Positions 23,428 to 36,300 of a DNA stretch of 36,438 nt are shown in pieces. A model generated the notes under the pieces. The model made no database searches, had not been told where the DNA came from, and saw only the letters and a list, made by a program, of their open reading frames with translations. The position numbers were made by a program, and so were the translations under genes. Within the stretch, counting starts at the first letter, position 1. Each line of letters starts with the position of its first letter. This DNA is from Sphaeroforma arctica JP610 (lineage: Eukaryota). The DNA is taken from contig NW_014040217.1 of NCBI RefSeq assembly GCF_001186125.1, forward strand, positions 4,083 through 40,520, read 5' to 3'.

Positions 23428-26400
23428 TAAATAAAATTTTCCTTCGGCGAAAACAGTATTGAGAAGATTGTATATAGGCAATGTCTCAGCTTCACAATCC
23501 CTCAGAGTATTGCTGTTTTCACGAGATATACCCAACTTTAATAAAAGACTCATTTCGTTTATTTTACTTTGAATTTTTTGAATTTAAACCGTTTTACGCG
23601 TTTATTTACTCTAAGTCGTTAACACCGCCTTGTGAGACCGAAATTTACACATTTTAAAGTTATTAAAGGTATTAACTACGCAGACTACTTGAAAGTAGTG
23701 GTGGTTAAATATCACGAAATTTTTCTTAACGTAGCTATTCCTTAAGAGAATAGACGAAAATCTCAATTAACATTTTATGACTAAGAAGGACAATACACCT
23801 TCTAAGAAGCAAAAGGCCGAAAAGAAGAAGATGGAGAGAGATGCAGCCATCGCCGCCGCCGCATCCACTGCCGCTGCCGATGAAGTGAATTGAGCCGTAG
23901 CCGAAGCTATTGTCGCTGGCACTAACAGCCAAGACAATGCGTCGGACAAGGGTGAGACCACTCCATCAAGAGAGAAGTCTCCCGAAGAAAGAGCCCGAGG
24001 GCCAAATATTGCCTCAACTTTGAAGCTTGCATTTACGAAGCCAAGAAGTGAGATACAGGGTGTGTCTAAGGACACCCCAGCTAATCCTTATAAGGAATCT
24101 CAGAAAGAAGTGTCACTGATTGCGGTAGAAGATTACGAACCTCAGAGGGTACCGCCAAAGGAACATGAAGAGGAGAAAAGCTCGAATAGCCAACCCGAAT
24201 CAAAGTCCAAGCCCACCGAGTCAACTCGCAGAAGCATGTTAACTGCTGAAAATACTGAACTCAAGAATCAATTATCTGCTCTTAAACAGAGTCTAGCCAT
24301 TGAACACGTAGATCGCATGTATGGATCTGGAGAAAACCCAGAGCGCTTTCACGAACACCTTTCTCCTGGAACCACAAAAGCTCTGCAGAAATGGACTGAA
24401 TGCAAATTAGAGAAGCCGCCTTCAAAAAGGTAGAAATCTGAGCGCAAACCCCGTAGCCGGCGAACCGGAACAATCAATCTGGCAATTAGCTTACGGGGGT
24501 TCACCCCCAGAGGAACAGGCGTGTTATACGCCCGAATAATCTCCAGGACATGAGTCCCCTATACTCGAGGGAATTATAGACCACGAAACAGGGAAGAATA
24601 CTCCGCCGGAAATTTCTAACTGGGGAGATGCCCCACGCCGGAAACCAAAGTCCACGGGACAGATAATCCCTATGCGTGGTGTATCTCAGATCGTGATACC
24701 TTCGGAGGTCTTCACTAATGATCAACGCAAACTATCCACAATGGATTGCGGCCTCCATCAACCCGTAGAAAACTTGCAATCTGATGAGGTGACGGAGCTT
24801 AATAAGACAGTCGACGACTACACCATTCAGATGGAGATTGCACACGATCGCCATGATGCTGAAGACGTAGTATACTATGCTAGTTTGATCGCCATTAAAA
24901 AAATACTGCAGGCTCAACGTAGGCGAGACCACCAACACAACCAGAAGTATAAGGAAATGATCAGACAACTTAAGTCAAACTGGGAAGCCAGCAGTCAAAA
25001 GTCTGAGTTTATCAATAACCATGATCTCGATACTTTGACCCGCACGCTGAATGCATTTGCAGTGATGTTGGAGACGAATGATGCTGCTCCACATCAATGG
25101 ATATCTGTACTTATGCAGTCGTTTGATCCTATAGGATCAAGCTACTTCATCCTTCGAAGACATCATGATGAATTAGGCCACTGCCCTGACTGACCGGCGG
25201 TTTATTGGTTAGTAACGATTTTATTAAGCAAGGACACGCGCAGCCCATGACTAAGTTCAATCTTAGCCGAACCAGCACCAAACACGCCCATATATAGTTA
25301 TATATTGAAGCTCGACGCGGACCTAAAACGCCCTGATATAAAGAAGAACGACATGCCGCGATGGTACGAGTTTCTGCCTATGTATGTGTTCTGTAAGAAC
25401 ATCGGAAACAATGTCCGAGAGAGTTTGTATACTGGGGCTCGTCGCAAGTATGCAAACGAATCTCGTGATATGGGACACTAGTCAAAGGTTTATTTGACTC
25501 AGCTAAATTGGGATCGGTTCTATCAGACTGTATCCTCCGTAAACCCTCCCGGACGAGTGACCTCTCGGGAGAAGGCGGCGAGAGAATCTCGGTAGACCTC
25601 AAACAGGAGGACCACTCAGACACGCCCTCGTGAGACTACTCAGAATACACGCCCTGTTAAGAAGGTGCGTGCCGCGCCTAAGGGCCCTGCGTAAAAGCAT
25701 ATCAAGAAGTGTGCGAATGACAATTGCGGATATAATATGTACCAATTTACCCCTGACGATTATTGGAACGAAAATCACGCACCTGCTTGCACACATTATC
25801 TCGCAAAGTGCAATAAGTGCGAGAAGACCAATGGCTATCACACTATCACACTAAGTCTTGCGACAAGGAGCCCGACATTAAGTTGGAGTGAAGGTACTAC
25901 CGGGTACAATCGATACGAAGACAATACAACAACCCCTTAAATGAACGTGTAATTATCCCTGTATATTGCAACGGAAATAAAAATCTTGCACTGATTGATC
26001 CTGGTTCAGAAATCTCTTGTATATCCGATCGCTTTTCGTTGATGAAAGATATCGAACGGCGAACGCAAACCACTCATCTTATTTCAGCAGATGAGAATAC
26101 TTCTAAGTGTGAACCATGGCCATCGATGATAAAATCTCCTTGGCCGATAATATAAATATCACCACTCAAGCTGTGATACTTAAGATGTTACAGAAACACT
26201 AAATTATAGTCGGAATGAGCAATCTGTTCACATTAGGTATAACTGTAACTGAGCTACCGAACAACATCGATCCATTAAAAGATCAATAAGACGATAATTG
26301 TTTAAAACCATATCACCACCGTCTGACACAGCCAAGGCATTATTGCCTGACTTTGTAAATAAGATTATGAATATTATTTTAATAAATCTGAAGAGTAAGA

Positions 26401-26520
26401 TTACTGACTGGTAAGTTCCGTTTTAACGACAGATACGTCAGCCTTGACTTAACCAAGGTAGATTTTACCCCGCTGAAGTGTGCCTCTAAGAACTATGTAT
26501 CCTGGAGACACGAGGCTGTA
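23428..26520 (+). mobile_element. 5' part of Ty3/gypsy element E (relative of A): partial 5' LTR (23428-23649), gag pseudogene (23777-25891), protease and linker
   Basis: LTR ends TTTACA at 23649; ATG at 23777; PR ALIDPGSEISCISDRF versus A ALLDPGSQISCISSRF; NYVSWRHE versus A NYVAWRHE; cut off by an LTR of family D. Confidence 0.88.
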
Positions 26521-26843
26521 TGTACCATCTAGGGACCAGATTATCAAAAAGCCAATCCAAATCCCAAATGCCAGAATAATCAAATACTGAGTTTTGGAAT
26601 TGGGATTGGAATATTTTTGATATTAGAGTCATCAGAAATATTAGCGATAGAATCGGTAAGCTATACTAGGACTCCCGCGTGTGAGAGAAGCACTCAAGTA
26701 AATTCTGAGTCTAGTGAAAACACAAATAAAGACTCAGTTTGGTTCACTCAGACTAAGGACTTTTCCTAGCTGAGATAGCCGTATTTAAGAGGTCTGTTGT
26801 ATCCATTTGTCTCGTACCTTTCAGCTACTCTCCAAACTCTACA
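26521..26843 (+). repeat. LTR of family D, second diverged copy (323 bp)
   Basis: TGTA...TACA termini; collinear similarity to 16463-16776; no TSD. Confidence 0.85.
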
Positions 26844-27421
26844 TTTTTTACAATATCCTTACTTAGATAAGTCAACCAGAGTCACTATAAGTTAAAGAAT
26901 ATATCGTAATTAGTGAATTATAATTCATCACAGTTCTGAATACCACGAGGAAGTAACACCAGAGTGAAGAAGTGTTATTACAAACGTGAGGAGGCTAAGT
27001 TCTCAGTAGGGCCAACAAAAAGAAGGTGGATTCACTATCCAGGACTGCCGCGGAAAGAAGAACGAAGAGGAGCAAATAAGAAGAAAAACCCCTCAGATAA
27101 CGTGGCCTCAGGACAACAACCAAGGTATCAATATCGTGTCCAGAAGTAAGCTGGACACGGGTCAAGGCTGTACAAGTGTTGTTATGATCACAAAGAGAAT
27201 ATCCGCGTGTAGAAAAATTAGAAGTTTCGCATTGATTATTTAAATAATGTTGAGGATTTTCAAACAAGAAAGTCCACTGAGATCAGGGGCCCTACACAAC
27301 AAAGCGAGGTAGACTAGTGATAAAAGAACATAGGTGACATAATTTCTATCAACTAGCTAGAGTTATGAGTCTACGAATTAATACACGAGGAGAGCCCAGT
27401 AGTATTGACCGATGATGAACA

Positions 27422-30400
27422 ATGTTAGGCCCAATGAGAATGACGCTCTTCAACCCACAAGGACTCAACATGGACAACGCAGCACATACAGATAAGTGTC
27501 TGAACGTTATATCGATTTTAAGTCAGGTTGATGTTATGTGTGTGGTTGAAACCTGGCATAACACCACATTTCTTAATCATATACGCTCGAACACACACTA
27601 CCATATCCTACACCACACTACACAGCATAATATCTTACACCCTTCACACTGTGGTATTGGCATATTTTCCAAACACTACCCATCGAATTTTCAACTTGTA
27701 CACTCTTCACCGTACGCGGTGTTCTTTGTGTGCTTTGGCATTCATATGACCGTGTTCTACTTTCCACTCAAATCGCTTACTGAAGAAGACGTCAGGCGAT
27801 ACATGAATCCCCCCGAGATTGGCGGTTTCCAACCAGATGTCGTGTGGGGAGATTTCAACTTCAAAGCTCGGAAGTATGGCCACGCATCTACAAATCACGG
27901 ACTACGTATGAAAACGATTGAAACTATTCTGCGTAAGACGTGGCACTTGGACTACCTCTATGCTGGCGGCTCAACTGGTACTGAACATGCGTATCATCGA
28001 CCTACCACCCCCGCCTCCCTCCAAACCTATAAGCTGACGGACTACGGTATCTGTGGTGACCACACCTTTGGACTCGATCTCCAGATACTTCCCACGAATC
28101 AAATCCATCAGCCCCAACAAATGCCAGCAATGCCGCCGCCTCCGGACCAACGCCTCCCCTCCCATGGATATAACCGATATCGCCATCGACTGTATCACCT
28201 ACGCAACAAATCCCGCGCGCGATTATTCCAAGCCGAAATCAGGGCGCATCAGAACCTACTACGGTCGTATCTCACTTTACATGGACCAGCGGAAGGGCTG
28301 CTACGAATCCTCGACCGCATCTGGCGCTATGCCACTAACCCACAAATCTTTGGAGGGTTCTATTATGACTTAAACAGACCTTGGGTTCAGCAGCTGCCAA
28401 ACCACTCGTTCCGCCCACGTCTGACCGCCCAAAGCAATGCTCAAATGTTCAAAGATATTGCGTACCAACGACGGTCTCCGCGCCAACCCTGCATACCGGG
28501 TACCGATGACACAGGCGCTACCCTCGCTGGCTACTTTGAGGCCCTATTCAACTCTACAAACCCGTACGTGGTTCCACCGGATACCGAACCCTCTCCTGAT
28601 GTCACTTCCACCATACGCTCCGACGATGTAATGGAGGCAATACTACGCTATCCCAATAAGGGACCTGGCCCCGACGGGATCCACATCCTCCTCCTGAAGG
28701 CCTCAGTGAAGCGCTCTACCGAACGTCAGACATTGGGACGCCCCGACGCCAATAGCCCACTGATTAGACTCCTTGCCGAAGCATTCACTGAGCTACTGAT
28801 GGCGGGTACCTTTCCCGCAGCCCTGAACTGCAGCCTCCTAACAGCGCACCCAAAGAAAGCCGATGCAGATTTCACCTCCCCCGCCGACTTCCGTCCCATC
28901 ACGCTTACACAAATAGTCAGACGCATCTTTGAAAAGTGCTTTCTTAATCTGATTACGAGCCACCCCGGCTCTGCTACCCATGCTATCCAAGCTGGCTTCA
29001 AATCACGGTACTCCTGTCATACCCAAGCACTTGCCGCCATGGAATCTGAGACACAGTCAGAAGAGGAGTGGAACGATGTCTGTCTGGACATAACCAAGGC
29101 ATACGACAAGGTCGCTCTCCCACGCCTATGGGTACTTTTGCGTCACGCTGGAATGCCCGAAAACTGGATCAACTGCCTCCGCGCGCTGTTTGAGAGGGTC
29201 CCTACCCGAGTGACATACCGCGGCACGCTCTCGTCTCTATTCCTTAGAACGAATGGCATCCTACAAGGCTCAATCGTCGGTCCCCAGCTCTTTATTATCT
29301 ACATGGATTCCTTAGCTGTCACGCTAGCACAATTTCGGCCCAAGCTCTTCCGTTCATATTTATTTGTCGATGACACACGGATCCAAGCCCCTCGATCGGT
29401 TTCGCTCCAGCCCTTCTTAGATGACATTGATGCGTGGGGACGCAAATCTGGCCTCGAACAGGGTGTCATTAAACCCCGAGTACAATCTACCGACTTGCGA
29501 CACGCGGCACCAACCATCCGTATAAGTGGTGAGCTTATCATGCCGACGCTTGCAGACGCACCTTGGAACACACGTTACCTCCCCCTGAAACTGGCGCCCA
29601 CACATGCCGAACCGAAACACTACAAATACCCAGGGTTCCCACTCTCTCACGGAGTACCAGGAATCAACCTCGCTAGACATATGGAATTCCTAGTTGCAGC
29701 ATTGTCACTGGGTATCGCCTCTTTCCGCGCTTATGGCTTCCATGGCTTCAGCTGGCGACACCCCCGCAACCGACTGGTGATGTTCAAGACATTCATCCTA
29801 TCCACGGCTACATATGGGATGAACATTATTGCCTGGGCTCTGCCTATGTGGAAGGATGCGTTGGACCCCCTATTCGAACGCTTTAACTCAGCACTCATTC
29901 AAGCAGCAGCCATCATCACGGGCACTAAATACCCTCGGTTTCCTAAACATCAAACAAACTTACTTCACTTTTGCGGCCTGCTCCCCTTGCGACAATTCGC
30001 GGACTACCTCGGAGGTTGCCTGGGAATAAAACTCGACTCAATGGCCAGCACAAATCCACTTACCCCTCTGACGCAACCCGCCTGGGCCCACGATAAACCA
30101 TCACTGAGCTTCCCGTACAGTATCTTTGCTCACCTGAAAACTGTACACAAAACCACGGGCGGGCGTACACCCGACCATGTAGCCCTCCGCCAACGCTGTG
30201 ACGACATCAGGAAGAACTCAACAAAACGTTGGTCCAACAAGGAGATCGCGGCAATGGCCCGGCGCCAATACTACTACCAACTGGTTATGGTAAACCGCCA
30301 ACCTCAAACCGAGACACAGCCAGTCACGACAGCTTCAATTGCTGCTTCGAGTATACACCAATNNNNNNNNNNNNNNNNNNNNTTTCGTACTCTGCACTAA

Positions 30401-30639
30401 CCCATTCCGCGGCACTACACGGCGCAGATCTGATGCGTACCACAGAGGTGGGTACTCTACTTAGTAGGCCAGCAAGCGAATATATGGAACATTCGATAGT
30501 AACAGTATTTTGTCAACACCGGCCCGAATTGACTCAGCACATATCTTCCATTGTCGACTCACTTGGCCCAAGCTTTAAAGGGGAATTTACTGACCACTTC
30601 TTCCCATCAATCTTTCCTGAACCACTACAGCGACTATGA
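27422..30639 (+). CDS. LINE ORF2-like protein: APE endonuclease plus reverse transcriptase (interrupted by N gap 30363-30382)
   Basis: APE motifs FNPQGL, VVETW, WGDFN, GDH; RT motifs KGPGPDGI, FRPITL, QAGF, LDITKAYDKV, GILQGS, YLFVDD, YKYPG. About 980 codons are open up to the gap; continuation to the stop at 30637-30639 is inferred. Confidence 0.9.
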
Positions 30640-30710
30640 GAGCCATACCATAAGTTCATACATTGTATCATACATACTTGCCATTTTTGAAATAAATAAT
30701 ATTATCCCTA
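27422..30710 (+). mobile_element. Non-LTR retrotransposon (LINE) with APE endonuclease and RT
   Basis: Long open frame; the 3' end is defined by the end of similarity with the second copy at 7098. Confidence 0.9.
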
Positions 30711-31049
30711 CGAACAACTAACAAGACATTATTGTAAGGTGCACACATCACAAGGCAGCCATATTCTTCGGCAGAAAATCAGACAAAATACACTCCAAGT
30801 CACATGCCTCAGCAGCAGAGGGTCAGAGGCTCATCAGGCCCACAGCCTATTAGGCCAGCCTCAGCGACTCAGCCTCTCAGAGACCCAGAGCTTTATAGGA
30901 CAGACCGCCAGTCTCCAGAATGCCAAAGACCCAGACCTCTCAGTCCCTCACCCCACTGACCCCAGACTCAGAGTGCGCCACAGGCCAGAGCCCAGCACCC
31001 GGTCTGCCAGTCACCACTCACCAGTCGCCACTGTCACAAGTCACCAACT

Positions 31050-31225
31050 CACCACTCTCTAGTTCATCACGGGCGCTGGTTATTTGGTTTCATTTCATTT
31101 TTTAAATTTTTTTCATAAAATATAGATATATATATATATATCTACACCACTCTCTAGTTAACTACGGGCATTGGTTTTTTGGTTTCATTTTTATTTTTTA
31201 TTTTTTCATAAAATATTTATATATA
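31050..31225. repeat. ~95-bp imperfect tandem duplication
   Basis: CACCACTCTCTAGTT....ACGGGC..TGGTT.TTTGGTTTCATTT at 31050 and 31145. Confidence 0.8.
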
Positions 31226-33018
31226 TTAAACCCCCCCCCAAAAGAACAAAAAACAAACAAACAAAAGCCCCAGAGTCCCAGACGCCCTATAGAGTAGCTT
31301 TTGCCTTTCAGTTTCAATTTTCACGGCCCTCTGGATTTGGGTCTCTGCTAAATTTTCGATTTCCGCTACGACGAAACCTTGATTTCCGCTCGAGGGCCAT
31401 GATATTTTTTATTATCACTAAAAGCTTCAGTTATTAGGTCCCTCAGAACTATATTTATCCAAATAGGGAATAAACTAAAGCTTTTTATGCCCATTTGAGA
31501 CCCTGTACATGAATATAGAAAGGCCAAGTACAAGAAACACGATGTGATACCAGCAGTAGAAGAGATACGGTTATTGGGAGCTTCCCCCCCAACTCCAATA
31601 ACGACAACATTTTATTTATTTTTGGAAATCTGGACCGAAACGTAAACCAAAATTTAAGTTGCACTTTTAAAACCATGGGGCACGCTTTCCCAAAATTAAA
31701 AATTAACTAGTTCCCCACCAGCGGTGTTTTATTTATAGTCAAAGTTCAAACAACAAACTATGTACATAAAACTCAAGGAGAGAGTGAGAGTGAGGCTGTC
31801 ACTAGAGAGTGGAGACTGGAGAGTCGTTAAACTTTTAAACTGTTGCTTTTTGTAATATAAAAGTCATCTTTTATTTGGGACAAAGTAATATATATAAATT
31901 TTAAATTTACACTTGGAAAGTTGTCCTATAGATTTTAAACTTCAGGCCTAAAATAAATTTTAGCAAATCAGAATTGTTCAACCGGACGCTTGGTAGTTTA
32001 CATTTGGTAGTTGGCTCCTAAAAGCGGGACAAAATGTATATACCTACTGACCTGAATATTGTACCTACTGAATTTGTGAAGGGCTTATATATGTATAAAA
32101 GGATAAAAGGTGATCTTTTTAACGTAAAAAACATACAAAAATAAAGTTATAAATTTTAACTTTATGAGGTTAGCTTGAGACTCGAGACTCGAAACTCGAG
32201 ACTCGGAGAGAGAGAGAAAGCTCTGAAATTTCTCAGAGGCTTTTTTAAAAGTCGTTTTTTAACGGAATTCAAGCTTTTTTACATATAAATAGTTTTGAAC
32301 TTTCGGCTTAGCTGAGACAGAACTCTTGCACATGACGGGGCGTACAAGAAGAGCGGCAGTGTCATTGACTCAATGCAGGTGAAATAGGAGGGATTCCTAC
32401 TTTTAAAAAGTAGTAATTTTAGTTATTCTTTCACTTTTTAGTTTTTAGGCGACATGCAGTGCGGTTAAACAGCCTCACAGGGCGGCTCTCATCAGCCCTC
32501 AGAGGCTCAGAACCTCAGAGGTTCAGGAATCAGGACTTCAGTCTTCAGGGCCGGGGCGGCCAGGGCGGCCAGGGCGCCAGGCCCCGCCCGCCAGGCATAC
32601 TTTCAAGTTTTAGGCTTTCAGTACTTGATCAAGTCACTTATTGCCATTGCTCCTAAAAAGCGACTCTACTCTCTGGCTGGCTTTTATATTTATATTTTTT
32701 AAAAGCGACCTCCAGGAATATACTCTGGCAGTATAGCTGGTGACACCCCAGACCCCAGACCCCAGGTTCCCAGCCGGTCCAGACTCCAGAGTCCAGAGTC
32801 CAGCCTCGCTATCAGATAAGGGCTCCCGCCATCATGAAGTATTTCATCATTCAATTAGGTCAATCCGGAGGAAACTAGGACTATCCAGGACTCTACTCCT
32901 CTAGAGAGGGCAGAGGCTAGTGTAGATAGAGGGCCAATTGTTTTTCTGGGGAGTTAAGGTCGCAAGGAGTGGCAACTGGCAAACGCTCTACTAACCGTTT
33001 GGCCCTGTGCTCCACGGA

Positions 33019-33062
33019 CTGAGGCTGAGGGCTGAGGGCTGAGGGCTGAGGGCTGAGGGCTG
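33019..33062. repeat. (TGAGGGC)n heptamer array
   Basis: About six units directly visible. Confidence 0.9.
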
Positions 33063-34634
33063 TGGTCGAAACGACGACAGTACGACTCTCGACCGTCGAT
33101 AGTTGTAGAGCTACTCTCTCTGAGAGGGAGTCTCGAGACTCGTCACTCGAGAGTCGAGACTTGAGTCTCAAGAGTCCTTGAGAGACTCCTACATAGTCGA
33201 GACGCGACTCTCACAACAACACAAATGGCGACAGAAATAACTCTGGATAGACAGTCAGAGTCACTGAAGTGGATGCACTAGGACGGAGAGTCGGAGACAT
33301 GCACCTTTTACACTTAGGCATACATTGATGTAAACCAAGAGAGTATTTGAAATTGTAGACAGGATAATGAGTAATCTATAAACCAGTAAAAACCGCAATT
33401 CATATATTGGATGCTCTGGTTGGTGTATCAAAATCAGTTACTCTATCATTATTCAACGATGATTTCCACAGCCTAGAGAAACATTGAGTTCCGCTCGAGA
33501 CTCGAGACTCGAGACCCTAAAAACCAGAGGACCGTGTTACGTGTAACCTTGATTTTGCCGCTCGAGACCTAAATATAGAGTAGTAGAGGGCTGTGATGTA
33601 CAACAATATTGTTTTTCTAAAAACCATTTCCCTCTCGTTTCGTTTCTTTTTTATATTTTTAAAAACAATTACCGTTGTTGCATAGCCTTCTGAAAAAAAA
33701 CAAGAAGGCTATGGTTATCGTATTTATTGTTTGCAGGCTATGGTATTTTTAAAAACAAATGGTTTTTTATATTTATATTATATTTCTTTTCTTTTTTCTT
33801 TTATATATATATATATAAAACCAAAATCAATGTTTTTTTCAGTTTATTTTTTAACAAAACAACAATTACAGTGGTTGGAACCCGGGACAGGACCCGAAAG
33901 CGGGAGTTTCTGTTTTTATTTAAATATAGTTTTTTTCAAAGGTTTTGTTTTTGGTTTTGTTTTTGGTTTGTTATTTTTGAAAAAAACCCCATTCTATTGT
34001 GATTTGTAAGTCACATGAGTTGACAATTGTCATAAACCCTAGAGTAGAGGTCTGGACTCGACTGGCGGGAGTGGAGGCTGGGCCGTTGGGCAACTGGGGC
34101 CTGGACGCCTGGGGCCCTGGGCCATGTCGGGGGCCATCATTCACTATGTGTGTACTATGTAGTCCAGGCATTACATCACATAATTTCGAAAAATTATGAA
34201 GGGCGAAAATAGCCGTAATTATTTAAAGGAATACGTAATATGACACAATTCCGGGTTTCAGAAATTAATATATTTAGGTCGAAGACAAATTGAATTTCGG
34301 AAATTTTTAGAGGTTTTCGGAATTTTTTAGAATTTAAAGAGATTTGTAAGATTAAGAAATCACGCAGTTCTTAATAAGAAATAAGAATCAAAAAGTCAAC
34401 AAATCTTAAATAAGGAAAATGGAATAACGGGAAGAACAAGACATTTCTTGATTAAGAATCATTATCCACTCATCACTGTAATTTTCCTACGTGGCGCACG
34501 CGGACTCACGCCCCACCGGGCCCGGCCTTTGCGTTTCTTAAATAAGTTTCCTATTGAAAGCAAATTTTAAGACTCACATAGCAAATAAAAGTAACCGTGT
34601 GGGAGTCTCTGGGAGATGAGTTAATGCTTTCAGG

Positions 34635-36300
34635 ATGGCGAGTAGTGAGGCAGATACACCGGTTAGGGGTCTTAGGGCAACAAATAATGAAACCGATCGT
34701 GGAAAGGGCAAGGATCTTGAAGAGGGCAAGGCTCCGGCAGGGGGCGAGGCTCCTGAAGAGGACGAGGCTCTTGAAGAGGATGAGATCGAAGTGGTGGCAA
34801 TTAAGAGCCAAAGAAGAGCCAAAAGAGTTCAAACCAGCATCTATGATTGCACAAAGTTATACAGAAGTTTAAAAAGAAGAAGTGAAACTTGATTTTTTAG
34901 CTGAACACTTCACGGCGGACAAAAGGAATCCAGCGAAATTGGCTTCTTGTAATTATTGCGGTAGTGGTAAGCTTTTCGCATGGAATAAAAAGAAAGCAAG
35001 CAACGCCTTGATTCACTATGAGAGCACGCATGAGAAGTACTGGTATGACGACTTGAGCAAATTTGTTACAAAGATAGTAGAAAAGCGAAACAAGATTTCG
35101 GGGCGTCAACAGAGCCTTACGGCATTCGGGGCTACCCCGAATCGACTGCCACAAGTACAATACAATACGGCTAAAAACCTTGCCGTCCTACATTGGGCTC
35201 GTTGTGTGGCTTCATACGATCTTCCTTTCAATTAGGGAGAAAGGCTCATTTTAGAGAATAGTTGGCTGGTGTAGTCGCAGTACCAACCACTGCACACCCT
35301 AGTTACAACCCTTGTGCTCCGGAAACCATTAGAAAGTATTTAACAATATTAGAAAAATCTATTAGAGATATAGTATTGAACAAATGGAGAGACGCTCTGC
35401 GATATTACAATCTTCCTTTTGCTAGTCTAGAATTTTTTTTAATGAAAGGATGCTACCGGCACTAATTACTTTGGTAGCATCTTACTTTGGTATGAACCTT
35501 ACCCTGTTGGATAACAACCTACCAAAATATCTGTATTCTTAGGATTGAAAGAGGTGGTAGGTTTTCATTCGGCCATAAACTTTGCAGAATGGCAGGTACA
35601 AGTCCTTCGAGATTGGGGTATTCCAAGAACAATGCCTGACACTAATTTTAAAATTGGTGTCTTAGGTGAGAATGATTTTGTATGGCTGCATCCCAAACAG
35701 GTATGCTGCAAATGTTCAAGCAGCAATGAAGCTCCCAGCACATGCCGCTATGGATTGTTGTGCTCATAGGATTGCCCTCGTAATGAAGAAGGCATGTGGG
35801 GAGCCTTGATTGCTGCTACCGATATGATGCGTGTTGTATTTAATGATAAGCAGATGGGCTTGCATAAGCACAAACTCGAGAAACAGCTCAATATACTGGA
35901 AGCTCTTATAGGGATAATATTATTTATTTCAAAAATGGCAAGTATGTATGATACAATGTATGAACATATGGTATGGCTCTCAAAGTCGCTGTAGTGGTTC
36001 AGGATAGATGTTCAGAAAACGAGGAGGCGATGCAAAGTCTTGTGGCACCGAAATTCGACAGCAAACCAATATCAAACACAATATAATTTTGTGCCCAACG
36101 AGCTGCATACTTTAATAAAAGTACGGTAGGCGCCGATAAACGTGTGCAAGCTCAGGAGATGTTATTATATGACAATTGGCTAGAGCTATAGCAAACGGCG
36201 GTGTCCAGTGGTCTGGTGTGTATGAAATAATTGGGCATGATGACTATCTTTGTACAGCAATCATGAAGCTAATCGAAGATCCGAAGGAAAATGATAAACA
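34635..36300 (+). pseudogene. hAT-superfamily transposase pseudogene with BED zinc finger
   Basis: KRRS..EHF...ASCNYC...SNALIHYESTH (BED finger); YDLPFN; NYFG; HSAINFAEWQVQVLRDWGI; AANVQAAM...DCCAHRIALV (CxxH at 35756-35767). Many frameshifts and stops; 3' extent uncertain. Confidence 0.85.

Noticed and set aside
26964..27149. Basic ORF as LINE ORF1
   Set aside because: Only 61 codons with a GTG start, no zinc knuckle or RRM, and not demonstrably part of the LINE.
27528..30029. Alternate-frame and antisense ORFs within the LINE
   Set aside because: Shadows of the long RT frame with no independent motifs.
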